From Opitutales bacterium (lineage in GTDB: Bacteria; Verrucomicrobiota; Verrucomicrobiia; Opitutales; UBA2987), in assembly GCA_965226885.1 (NCBI GenBank), contig CBDDEL010000016.1:32001-96000 (forward strand): 64,000 nt of DNA, written 5' to 3'. The position numbers were made by a program, and so were the translations under genes. Of this stretch, positions 11,300 to 22,449 are shown piece by piece; positions within the stretch are counted from its first letter, which is position 1; the number at the start of each line of letters is the position of its first letter. Below the pieces are notes generated by a model. It made no database searches. It saw nothing but the letters and a program-made list of their open reading frames with translations, and was not told the origin of the DNA.

Positions 11300-11854
11300 T
11301 TGGTAATGAACTATAAGAGAAAATATCTATCGTTTTACGCAATAATTCTGGTAAGCGTTAGCTTGCACAATAATGTTTCCATTGCAGAAGAAGAGGCAAT
11401 GTCTGATTATAATCTAGACACCTCTATTAAGAAAACTGTCGAGAATGAATTGGGTAGTTTCAAAAATAAACTGCTTGAAAAGAGACATATTAACAAAAAA
11501 GCGGTCTATCCACTGCTTAAAAAATACCTCCGGGATAAACCTCGAATCTACGGCGCGGCTTTTGCTTTCGGGCCCGATATAAAAAATAAGCAGCAAATAA
11601 AATCTTCACCATACGTTTATAGGGACGGCAAAAAGTTGATCGAGAAAGATTTGCTTGATAGCTATGATTATACAACGCAGGGCTGGTACGCCATTCCTGC
11701 AAATTTAAAGAAACCTGTTTGGAGCAAACCCTATTTCGATGAAGGTGGAGGCGAAGCCTGGATGATAACTTATTCCATACCGTTATATTCCGACCGAAAC
11801 AAAACAAAACTCATTGGAGTTCTCACAAGCGACGTTTTAATACCCAAGGAATGA
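11300..11854 (+). CDS. Stand-alone secreted Cache-domain protein
   Basis: Signal-like N-terminus; SPYVYR, YDYTTQGWY, WSKPYFDEGGG..MITYSIP. Confidence 0.8.
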   Translation: MVMNYKRKYLSFYAIILVSVSLHNNVSIAEEEAMSDYNLDTSIKKTVENELGSFKNKLLEKRHINKKAVYPLLKKYLRDKPRIYGAAFAFGPDIKNKQQIKSSPYVYRDGKKLIEKDLLDSYDYTTQGWYAIPANLKKPVWSKPYFDEGGGEAWMITYSIPLYSDRNKTKLIGVLTSDVLIPKE

Positions 11855-11984
11855 TTACCTTACCGGTCTTTGACCATATACGACATGGGCATTGGGGGCA
11901 TCGATTCTGGGATTTCCGGCCTTGTAGCCAGAGGTGCGGGCAGGACTGCTCTTTGTTTTGACAGCAATGGATAATTCACATTGG

Positions 11985-12786
11985 GGTAGTGTATAAAAAA
12001 AGAATGTTATTTTGTATTTTTAGCTGTACAAATAGCGTTAGGCAGTTTATTCTTAGTGCATGGTTACTAAAATTATTAATTGTCGGCACTGTGGAAGTGA
12101 AAATATCATTAAATTTGGCAAGACGCCCAACCATAAGCAGCGCTACCGCTGCCATGATTGTGGTAAACAAAGCCGCGAAAACCCCACAGTGAAATACACC
12201 GAAGAGCAAAAAGAAATGATCCTTCGAGTCTATCAGGAACGCAGCAGTCTACGCGGTTTACAGCGCGCCTTCGGGGTGAGTCCCAACACCGTTTTGAGTT
12301 GGTTAAAAAAAACGACAATCGCTGCGACCGCTCAAAAGCACGATTCTTGCGGCCCGCCGCCATGATGTCATTGAACTGGACGAACTGTGGTCTTTTGTGG
12401 GGCGCAAGAGCGATGCCCAATGGGTTTGGATCGCTCTTTGCCGACGCACCCGTCAAATCCTCTCCTATGCCATTGGGCCTCGGGATTGGTATCGTTGCCG
12501 GGAACTTTACGAGCGTCTGCCACGGGCCTACAAAAGATGTGCCACCTACAGCGACTTTTGGAGCACTTATGATGAAGTCTTTCCTCATAACCGATCCGTG
12601 GGAAAAGAAACCGGTGAAACGGCCCATGTGGAACGATGGAACAATACCCTGCGCCAACGACTGGGTCGTTTCACACGCAAAACCCTCTCCTTTTCCAAGC
12701 TTAAGAGTATGCATGAAACCTGTCTGAGACTTTTCATTCATCAATATAATCAAGAATTAGCCACCATTCCTACTTAATACACTACC
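11985..12786 (+). mobile_element. IS1-family type A, full copy
   Basis: IRs GGTAGTGTAT / ATACACTACC; insA 12060-12365, insB to 12777; flanks do not match. Confidence 0.95.
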
Positions 12787-12963
12787 GCCAAGTGTTGGGT
12801 AGAAGCCCTGGAAAAAGGAGGTGCAAAGGTCGATATTTATGACTTTTCAGGACTGACCACCGACACAGGGGAACCGGTCAATGATTTCAGGGATTTCCTT
12901 CGGGTTTCAGTGGACGATTGGGAAGCAGACCTAGAGGTAAGGGAGGCCATCCCCTATGAGTAG
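12787..12963 (+). pseudogene. C-terminal remnant, possibly Toprim/primase-like, of a mobile element gene
   Basis: Reads AKCWVEALEKGGAKVDIYDFSGLTTDTGEPVNDFRDF... to a TAG; family is a tentative resemblance only. Confidence 0.3.
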
Positions 12964-13004
12964 AATCAAAACGAATATTAAAGATCATAGCCTCGCCCAC
13001 AAGT

Positions 13005-15523
13005 TGTAAACGCCGGGATGAAACCGGTACGGGGGTCGGGGTAAAACCGGTACGCTTGGAATAAGGTTTAGGTTAGTAATTGCAGGTACGTCAAGGTTTA
13101 GGGTTTGGGAGTTGGTTTTGGGGATTGGCTTGGGGTCGGTGAGGAGGCCGGAGGCCGACGAGCCGGGCCCAAGGCGTTTATTGTTTTGTGCCACGGCGAC
13201 GGCGTCGAGCATCGCGCAAGCGGTAGCTTTGCCCGTTGGCTTCGAGGATATGCACCCGATGGGTGAGTCGGTCCAGCAGAGCTCCGGTGAGCCGTTCGGA
13301 ACCGAGCACTTCGATCCAGTTCTCAAAGGGCAGGTTGGTGGTGACGATGAGACTGGTGCGCTCGTAAGCGCGGCTGACCACGTCGAAGAGCAGTTCGGAA
13401 CCGGTCTTGGAAAAAGGGACGTAACCGAGTTCGTCGAGGATGAGTAGGTCGAGCCTTTCGAGTTGCTTCATGAAGCGCTGCAGGTCGTGGTTGTCGCGTT
13501 GCTCGAGCATATGGGTAACCAGGGCGGTGACCCCGAAGAAACGGATCCGCCGGCCCTGGGCACAGGCGGCAAAGCCCAGGGCGGTGGCCAGGTGCGTTTT
13601 ACCGGTACCGGCGTTACCGAGGAGCAGCACGTTTTCGCGCTGGTCGACATACTCCCCGCGCATGAGCTCTCGGATGAGCGCTTCGCTGATCGAGGGCTGC
13701 GCTTCAAAGGCGAAGCTCTCGAGGGTCTTGAGCACGGGGAAACGGGCGTTTTTGATCCGCCGCTGGGCGGCCCGCTGTTCGCGTTCAATGAGCTCCCGTT
13801 CGACCAGATGCAACAAAAAGGCGGCGTAATCGAGCCGGTCCCGGGAACAAGCCGCGGCCACCGCCGGCCATTCGCGCAGGATGGTGGGCAACTTCAGTTT
13901 CTTGAGGTGATGGTGTAACAGCAGCTGGTTTTTTTCTTCCTTCATAAAGCCCCTCCTGGAATCTTGAGCAGTTCGCTGTAGGCACCGAGGTCAGGGGCGG
14001 CCACACGGACGTGACGCAGGTGTGGATGGCCGTCCAGCCGGAAGGTTCTGCTCCCGTAGTCTTCCTGAGGATAGAGATACTGGGCGATGGCCTCACGAGT
14101 CAGTCCCCCCCCACCCGCAGGGCCGAGACGACGGCCTGCTGCAAGGCCGCCATGGGGTGTTTCTCCAACAGCCGCAGCACCCGGATATACTCCCGGGTGC
14201 CTTCGCCCCCGCATTGGCTTTCGAGCCGGCGTCTGAGGACCTGCAGGCACTGCGGCAACTGCCAGCCCGAGAGTGGGCGGGCGAAGTCCAAAGCGCCCGG
14301 TTTTTTCTCCAGCAAAGCCAGGTAGTGCACCGGCTCGAAAGAGACTTGCTCTTTATCCCAAATGCGGCGGTGCCGGGCCACCTCTTGGCCCCCACAGAAG
14401 ATCACCACCTGCCGACAGGACCCTTCCACCACCACCGGATGGTGGGCGCAGCGCACCGGCACCGAATAGTCGTTGCACTCGAAGCGCACCAGCGAGAGGC
14501 TGCTGACGCAGGTCGAGCGTTTGCGGCTCGCTTCAAAGGGTATGGGCGGCAACGCCAGCATGACGGCGCGCTCCTCGGCCAGCAGTTCCTTTTTCACCGC
14601 CCTTTTCCCGCGTAATTTACGCTCCATGTCCCGCTCACATGCCTCCAACAGCTTTGCGTTGAGTTCCTCCAGGTCCCGAACCTGCGGTACCGGTACCAGG
14701 AAGTTGGCCCGGGCATAACGCACGATCCCCTCGACCACGCCCTTCTCGTTGGGCCGGGCGGGCAGACAGAAGTGTTCCTCGAACAGGTAATGGCTCTGTA
14801 GCTGCAGAAACCCGTCGGTCAGCTTGCGTTCACGCGAACCGATAATCTTACCCACCGCCACCTTCGAGTTGTCATAGCTGATGCGCCGGGGCACCGCCCC
14901 GAAAAACTCAAAAGCTCGCAGGTGCCCCTCCCAGAAGCTCTCCGTGCACTCCCGTTCGAACACCTGCACGAAAAAGGCATCGCTGTAGGGCAGGCTCATG
15001 GCAAAAAATGGCCGCCTACGCAATTGCCCCGCCTCCTTCACCAGGGCATGACCGAAGTCCACCTGTCCCTCCCCGGGGCGGTGCTCCAGCGGCACGAACA
15101 CTTCCCGCCGCCTCGCTCGCAGCTCGGCCACCACCTCCTTGACCGCCGTGTAGCCCCCTTGGTAGCCCTTCTCCCGACCCAAACGCTGGTAGATCCGTTT
15201 GGCCGTATGGCGCTGCTTCTTGGGCACGTTCCGGTCCGCTTTGAGCACCTCCTCGATCCAGCCCACATACGGATCGATCTTGCGCTCTCGCCTCTTCTTG
15301 CGCCGGTATCCCGGCGGCTGGGAATAGGCCAGCATCTTTCCCAGGGTCTCCCAGTGCAGTCCCTCTTCTCGCATTACAGAGCGCTTGCTCTGCTTGTCCC
15401 GCAGCACTTTGTGCCGCACTCTTGTCCATTGCTTCATATCTCGATACACTCCTCCTTTCTAGGATAAGCGTACCGGTTTTAAAGCGCCCTCTTTACCGTA
15501 CCGGTTTTTCCCCGGCGTTTACA
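13005..15523 (-). mobile_element. IS21-family element copy 1 (istA frameshifted at the C-run near 14105; istB 13178-13945)
   Basis: TGTAAACGCCGGG ends, internal ACCGGTAC repeats; QVDFG, YDN, NEKG.VE; istB GNAGTGKT and LILDELGY. Confidence 0.95.
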
Positions 15524-15857
15524 GCCCGACCATCAACAACGCTCCCAACAATGAAAAAACCGGCGCTCGATTAATCTTTGGCGCCTGGTAGGAACGGTGG
15601 AAGTGCTTCTCCTCTGTCTTCTTGCCTGGCAATCTCGCCGATCCTTCTTCTTGATTTTGAAAATGCTGTGGTTTCTCACCTTCAATCTCGAAGGATTCGA
15701 TATCGCCAATTCCGTTGAAGTCTCTGTTTCGACCCACAGACCCCAACCCAAATGCCTGTTTCTCATTACCGGGGTTCCAAAAAGTGGCGAACTGCCTCAC
15801 CCCAGTATGTTCGAATGAATCCTTATTATTTGGTAGATAATCTTTTTTGATGTGCAT
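15524..15857 (-). pseudogene. 5' part of a hypothetical gene truncated by IS21
   Basis: AGGAGG RBS upstream of the ATG; the frame ends in the IS21 terminus. Confidence 0.5.
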
Positions 15858-16351
15858 TTCAGCCTCCTATTGAAGATTTCAAATATACTATAAACCAGGA
15901 TTGCCAGTTTATCAACTAATCTAATAATATAATTATTTATTATTAGATATATTTATCTATTAATTGAGTTTTGAATTGCAGTGATAATCAGCGAATTTCT
16001 ACTGCGCCTTCTATTATTTTCTGTTCTGATTTACAAATTTAGTGATTCAGAAAGAGACAACCGACATGGTGTCAACCATCCATCAATGGAAAGCATTTCA
16101 TCGGTGAATGTATCAATAAATTTTTACTTATTAGTATTTCTTAAAAAATAAATTCGTAAAAATAGTAATTCTTATTAGATATTTCCTCATAACTGTGTAG
16201 TCTTACAACAAATGAGCAATGGAAGCCGGTCACATCAGTCATAACGCGATTATCGGATGGCCCGAACACTGAAATATTGAGCAATTGGCAATATGAAATT
16301 TGAAAGTTGATTCCCTTTTTCTTTACGATTAGACGAAAATCGCTTGCTGAG

Positions 16352-16368
16352 TGTGACAAAATTGCACA
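16352..16368. promoter_or_regulatory. Candidate binding site for an enhancer-binding protein
   Basis: 17-bp dyad TGTGACAAAATTGCACA upstream of a sigma54 activator gene. Confidence 0.3.
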
Positions 16369-16414
16369 ACATAAGAAGATATGTGGGAATTCTGTCTATG
16401 ATCCACAATATTTC

Positions 16415-16517
16415 TTTTAACCGCAGTTTACGCAGATAAGCGCATATGGATGTTTGATTAAGTGCAGATTAATGTTTACGAGAAATCTGTGCCCATCTGT
16501 CTAATCCGTGGTTAAAA
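16415..16517. repeat. Degenerate REP-like inverted repeat with 10-bp periodicity
   Basis: AACCGCAGTTTACGCAGATAAGCGCATAT ... ATCTGTGCCCATCTGTCTAATCCGTGGTT. Confidence 0.55.
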
Positions 16518-16560
16518 AATTAGGGAATTGAAGGATTTTTTCCTGGAATCTTTAAAGATA

Positions 16561-17964
16561 ATGCCGGCCTCTATTTTAATTGTCGATGATGAGAAGCATA
16601 CCCGTGACGGCCTCATGCAAGCGCTCATGGATGATTATGAGGTCTATCCGGCGGCCAATGCCGAAGAGGCTTTCAACCTGATGGAGTCGGAGGATTTCGA
16701 CGTCATCCTGACCGACCTCAGAATGGCCGGCAAAAGCGGCATGAAAGTCATCGATAAATCCATTTCCATGCCACGCCAGCCCATCACCTTGATGATGACT
16801 GCCTACGGCAACGTGGAAACCGCGGTCGAGGCCATGAAACGAGGCGCCCACGATTTTCTAACCAAACCGGTCAATTTGGAAAAGCTGGAAATTCTAATCA
16901 AACGGGCCCTGCAAACCCGCCGCATCGAGACCGAAAACGCAACTTTGCATAAGCGGCTGGACCGCAAGTTCAGTTTCGAGGGAATTGTCGGCAACTCTTC
17001 CGCCCTGCACGAAGTGATCGATGTTATCAAGAGGGTAGCCCCATCGAAGGCCACGGTTTTGCTGGAGGGCGACACCGGCACTGGAAAGGAACTGTTCGCC
17101 CAGGCAATTCATCAAAACAGCGACCGGGCCCGCGGGCCGTTTATCGTCGTGCATTGCGCCGCCCTCCCATCCAATCTTCTCGAAAGCGAATTATTCGGGC
17201 ATGAAAAAGGCGCCTTTACCGGCGCTATGGAACGCAGAATAGGCCGGTTCGAAGCGGCCGATGGCGGAACCCTTTTCATTGACGAGATCGGTGAAATAGA
17301 TTCCTCCACCCAGGTTAAATTACTGCGGTTCCTGGAGTCCCGTGATTTCGAGCGTTTAGGCAGCCATAAAACGATCAAAGTCGATGTGCGGTTGGTGGCG
17401 GCGACTAACAAACCGTTGGAGGGACTTGTCAAGAAAGGTAAATTCCGGGAAGATCTTTTTTACCGCCTCAATGTGGTGCCCATTCAACTGCCCTCCTTGA
17501 GCCAGCGACCCGACGATATTCCCCTGCTGCTGGATCACTTTATCGCCCAATTTACGGAGGAAAACGGAACCGACCCGATAGAGTTAAACCCGGATGCTCT
17601 AAATATCCTGAAACGTTACCGATGGCCGGGAAACATACGCGAATTACGCAATTTCGCTGAAAAGATTGTCGTGCTTAACCGCGGCGGCCTGATAACCGCC
17701 TATGACTTGGACCAGCGGTTCCTGCAATCGCGGTCCGACTTCGGAGGCGAGAGCCCGGAACCATCCGCCAATCCCCTTTCGGTGGAAGAAAATGAAAAAC
17801 GGCTCCTGCGCGGAGCCCTCACCGAAACCGACGGCAACCGCACCCGGGCCGCTCAAATCCTGGGCATCAGCCGGCGCACCCTGCACCGAAAATTACAATT
17901 ATGGCCCGAATTGGATGTACCTCCCGGCAACGCCCCCAGAACCCGTTTGGGAGACAGGAGCTAA
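16561..17964 (+). CDS. Sigma54-dependent response regulator (NtrC/AtoC family)
   Basis: REC (IVDDE, TDLRM, KP), GDTGTGKE, ESELFGHEKGAFTGA, Fis-type HTH. Confidence 0.96.
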   Translation: MPASILIVDDEKHTRDGLMQALMDDYEVYPAANAEEAFNLMESEDFDVILTDLRMAGKSGMKVIDKSISMPRQPITLMMTAYGNVETAVEAMKRGAHDFLTKPVNLEKLEILIKRALQTRRIETENATLHKRLDRKFSFEGIVGNSSALHEVIDVIKRVAPSKATVLLEGDTGTGKELFAQAIHQNSDRARGPFIVVHCAALPSNLLESELFGHEKGAFTGAMERRIGRFEAADGGTLFIDEIGEIDSSTQVKLLRFLESRDFERLGSHKTIKVDVRLVAATNKPLEGLVKKGKFREDLFYRLNVVPIQLPSLSQRPDDIPLLLDHFIAQFTEENGTDPIELNPDALNILKRYRWPGNIRELRNFAEKIVVLNRGGLITAYDLDQRFLQSRSDFGGESPEPSANPLSVEENEKRLLRGALTETDGNRTRAAQILGISRRTLHRKLQLWPELDVPPGNAPRTRLGDRS

Positions 17965-18934
17965 AAAGCGGAACAATTTATTCTCATGGGATCATTCAGG
18001 TTACAGCGGCTGGTTCATTGGCTGGAATTCGGACAGGGGAAACGAGGCATCCTGTTCATTGGCCTGCTCGTTTTCATCGGCCTTTTCACCTGGTATCACG
18101 GTTATAAAAGATTCGCCGGGCCCTCCTCCGAGAATGTCATCGAGTATGCCCTGATCGGAAAAAATTTGTCCGAAGGGAAAGGGTTCACCACGCCGGTCAT
18201 CTACCCCCAAACACTCGCCTTCCTCGAAAATCGGGAGGAAGGGTATGTATTCTCTGCCGACACACCCTTGCCCGATCTTTATCATGCCCCATTATATCCA
18301 ATGGTGTTGGGTGGCGTTTTAAAGATATTACCCAAAAGCGTCAGGGAACTGGTCTGGTCCGATCCCGTTTCCGAGCCAGGGCTGCCCTACCCGGCCTTCA
18401 ACGGCGATTACTTCCTCCTGGCCGTCAACGTGTTCTTTTTTCTCCTTAGCTGCCTCATGACCTACTGGTTGGGCCGATTCATTTTCTCCCCCATTGCCGG
18501 TTTGATCGCCATGTTGGGAGTATTGTTTTCGGTCGCCCTATGGGACAGCGTGCTCGCCCTCAACGGCATTTCCCTTCTCCTTTTTCTAACCCTTCTCCTG
18601 TTTCAACTCTGGTCCGTGCTGGAACGATGGTTCCTGCAAAACCCATTGCTGCGGGAGACAGGCGCTCGCTCTATCCTCCTGTGCCTGATTACCGGCGTCA
18701 TCGGGGGTCTCCTTTTTTTAACAGAATATACGGCCGGTTTTATATTTCTGGTTTTTGCAGGTTACCTCGTGGTTCGCTTTCGCGGGTCTTATTGGTTAAA
18801 AATGCTCAGCCCTGCATTGCTGGGGTTTCTATTTGTAACCTCTCCCTGGTGTTGGCGAAATATCACCTGGACCGGCCACCCCCTGGCCCTGGCCAGCCAG
18901 AACCTCGCCTTGAAAGCGGGCGATAGCACGGCCG

Positions 18935-19739
18935 GGTAGTGTATAAAAAAAGAATGTTATTTTGTATTTTTAGCTGTACAAATAGCGTTAGGCAGTTTAT
19001 TCTTAGTGCATGGTTACTAAAATTATTAATTGTCGGCACTGTGGAAGTGAAAATATCATTAAATTTGGCAAGACGCCCAACCATAAACAGCGCTACCGCT
19101 GCCATGATTGTGGTAAACAAAGCCGCGAAAACCCCACAGTGAAATACACCGAAGAGCAAAAAGAAATGATCCTTCGAGTCTATCAGGAACGCAGCAGTCT
19201 ACGCGGTTTACAGCGCGCCTTCGGGGTGAGTCCCAACACCGTTTTGAGTTGGTTAAAAAAAACGACAATCGCTGCGACCGCTCAAAAGCACGATTCTTGC
19301 GGCCCGCCCGCCATGATGTCATTGAACTGGACGAACTGTGGTCTTTTGTGGGGCGCAAGAGCGATGCCCAATGGGTTTGGATCGCTCTCTTTGCCGACGC
19401 ACCCGTCAAATCCTCTCCTATGCCATTGGGCCTCGGGATTGGTATCGTTGCCGGGAACTTTACGAGCGTCTGCCACGGGCCTACAAAAGATGTGCCACCT
19501 ACAGCGACTTTTGGAGCACTTATGATGAAGTCTTTCCTCATAACCGATCCGTGGGAAAAGAAACCGGTGAAACGGCCCATGTGGAACGATGGAACAATAC
19601 CCTGCGCCAACGACTGGGTCGTTTCACACGCAAAACCCTCTCCTTTTCCAAGCTTAAGAGTATGCATGAAACCTGTCTGAGACTTTTCATTCATCAATAT
19701 AATCAAGAATTAGCCACCATTCCTACTTAATACACTACC
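18935..19739 (+). mobile_element. IS1-family type A copy with 8-bp TSD CACGGCCG
   Basis: TSD at 18927-18934 and 19740-19747; +1 and +2 nt insertions relative to sister copies. Confidence 0.96.
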
Positions 19740-19826
19740 CACGGCCGAACCGGAAACCTTTAAAAAGAGCCTCCAAGCAGCCGGCCCCGAAACCAGCATC
19801 CGCAAAATCGCTAACAAGGGCCTTAA

Positions 19827-21589
19827 CCCGGATATTTCATGAAGGGTAAAGTTTGGCTCGTTATTGCTATTGGAGATGGATTTCTTTGTATTTTGAGCAG
19901 ATCGTCTTGATTTTTAGGTGTTTTTCAGGGTGTAGAGACACTGCCCCCTTTCCCCCATTGGTTCGGTAGTGCCGGGGGCAGCACCAATGCACCCTTTAGC
20001 CCGGATATTTCATGAAGGGTAAAGTTTGGCTTGCTATTGCTATTGGAGATGGATTTCTTTGTATTTTGAGCAGATCGTCTTGATTTTTAGGTGTTTTTCA
20101 GGGTGTAGAGACACTGCCCCCTTTCCCCCATTGGTTCGGTAGTGCCGGGGGCAGCACCAATGCACCCTTTAGGTTGGCACCAATCGGCGGGCCGCATGGT
20201 TGAAAAGACTGGCCCAAGGATAACTCTCACTTAGGTGAAAGTGAATCGTTCGGGTGTTGCGCACGATGACCGCTCCGATCTTGATTAATTTGAGCCGCAG
20301 GGTGTGGCATTGGGCCCGCGCCCACTTCGTCCCTTTTAAGGCTAACCGGCGCATGGCTTCCATCAAGGTGTAGGCCAGCGCCGACAAGAGCAATCGCCAC
20401 TGATTGGCCCACCATTGATGGGCGCTGGTGCGCTCGCTGAACAATTGCATCTGTTCCTTGATTCGGTTCTCCATTTCACCGCGGCCACAGTATACCTTGT
20501 CGTAAAGCTCCTGGGGATCGCCCGGCAGGTTCGTCACCACGAAGCGCGGGTTGGACCCCTGTGCGGTGTGTTCGGCTTTATGGATGACCAACCGCAGCCA
20601 TCGCCACGAATCGGCAGCATAGACGAAGTCCTGGAATAACCGTTGTTTTTTACCCCTTAGTTCGAACCATTCTTTGGCCTGCTTTTGCAACTGCTGGGCG
20701 TCTTGCTGCAAGCGTGCATTGCGAGCCATCCCCACGATGTAACTAACTTCGTTGCGGTCGCACCAAGAGAGTATCCGGTCTCGACAAAATCCACTGTCGG
20801 CGCGCCAAATAATCCGCGTACGGGGCCAGCTTTGGCGAATCCGTTTAACCAGCAATTTGAGGATGGCCCCGGCATGCTTGCTGGCATCGATCTTGCTCGG
20901 CCGCAGGTAGGCCACCAGCAGCTGATCACCGCAAAAAACATATAGCGGCAGAAAACAGTAATGATCATAATAACCGTGGAAAAAACGTCCCTCCTGGAGC
21001 CCGTGCACCGGATTGTCGGTGGCGTCAAAGTCCAGGATGATCTCTTCGGGTTCCTCGGCAAAGGAGCCCATGAACTGTTCGACCAACAGCTCGTTTACCG
21101 CAAAGGCCGCCCGCCGATCCTGCCCGTTTTCAAAACGACACAAAGTCGGCGCGCTGGCCAACGTTTCAATGCGCCCCGTTACCGTTTGCAACAATGGATC
21201 GTGGCGCAGGGTATCAAAGTCGTTCAAATCCTCATAGCCCGCCACCAGCCCGTAAACGCGCTGCCGCAGCATCCCCAAGACCTCATGGCTTACTTTGCCC
21301 TTCTGCCGTTTGTCCACTAACTGTCGGGCCGCTCGTTCGGTCAAGCCCAACTGCCGATCCACTTCCCGGATCAAAAGCAGTCCGGCATCCGAAGTAACCT
21401 CTCCGCCCTTGAAATCAACCCGCACACGGCGGCCTTTTACCCTTGTCAACTGTAGCTTTAATTGTTTACCTTTTGTCATCTTTTGTCATCGCTGATATTG
21501 CTTTAATTATTGATCTATCCTGCTGTATATCACTGCTGTATATCAGCAGTTAAGCATATCAACGATACTTTTTTTACGAAATATCCGGG
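19827..21589 (-). mobile_element. IS1380-family element (tnp 20169-21479) with doubled 173-bp 3' end
   Basis: CCCGGATATTTC IRs; TTAA on both flanks; ILDFDATD, RADSGF, YCGRGEMENRIKE. Confidence 0.94.
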
Positions 21590-22449
21590 TTAAGGGGCTG
21601 GAAATCAACTTGAAGGAGCGTCTGTGGTCGGGCGGGGCCTACATATTCACCGCCTTTTTACTGGTCGGCTGCCTTTACCGTTTTCGCAACAACCTGGCTG
21701 CAACAACCTGGCTAACAGCATGCGTTGGTGCGCTGTTTTAACCATACTCATCGTTCTGGTCCTGCAGCCATTTTTCAACAGCGGCCTATCGCAAAGACTG
21801 CCCGCCATTTATCTGGCACCCCTCATCATCTTATTTGGGGCCGGCTTTGTCATCATCATGCTGGAGAGCACCGGCCGGCGATTGCAAATGGAACGTATGG
21901 TCTGGATTTCGGCCTTGCTGCTATTCCAGGCCATACCGATGGTCCACAATTTGATGGAGCCCAAAAGAAATCCATTTACATATCCACCCTATATCCCCTC
22001 TCTGCTGGCCCGCACACGCACCCACCTGTCCGATCGGTTTTACCCCGGTTATGGGTTCATGTCGGATGTGCCCGCCGGGATGGCCTGGTATTCCCAGCAA
22101 CCGGTGTGGGCACAACCCGGCGAATATTCCGATTTTGTGGAGACCCTCCTACGTCAGGAAATCGGGGCTCTCTTTCTTTCCCCAAAAGTGCTCGACCGCC
22201 CTTATTTTTCCCAACTGCTGCAAGCGGACCTGGAACTGGGAGACGATTATAAAAAGAAAAGATATTGGGGCGCTGTCTACGGTAGCCTGCAGCAGGGCTC
22301 TCTACCGCGGTTTTTTCCCTTGAGTCAGGTCCAGCAAATTTCCACCAACATGTATGTGCTTTCCAATCCCCTTGCCTGGCGTCAGGAATAAAAAAAATTG
22401 TATTGACCCTGGTAGGTTTTGCCTGCACCTTTACCGGCGCTTAATACAG

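Larger units (their letters stand above)
17986..22391 (+). pseudogene. Polytopic membrane protein (ArnT/GT-C-like) split by IS1 and IS1380 plus a 14-bp duplication
   Basis: Removing both ISs and the 21686-21713 duplication restores ...DSTAEPETF...NKGLKGLEINL...RNNLANSMRW in frame. Confidence 0.85.

Noticed and set aside
14105..14112. Programmed or phase-variable frameshifts at C/G runs (istA copy 1; IS3 near 51975)
   Set aside because: Each is private to one copy and cannot be told apart from homopolymer sequencing error.
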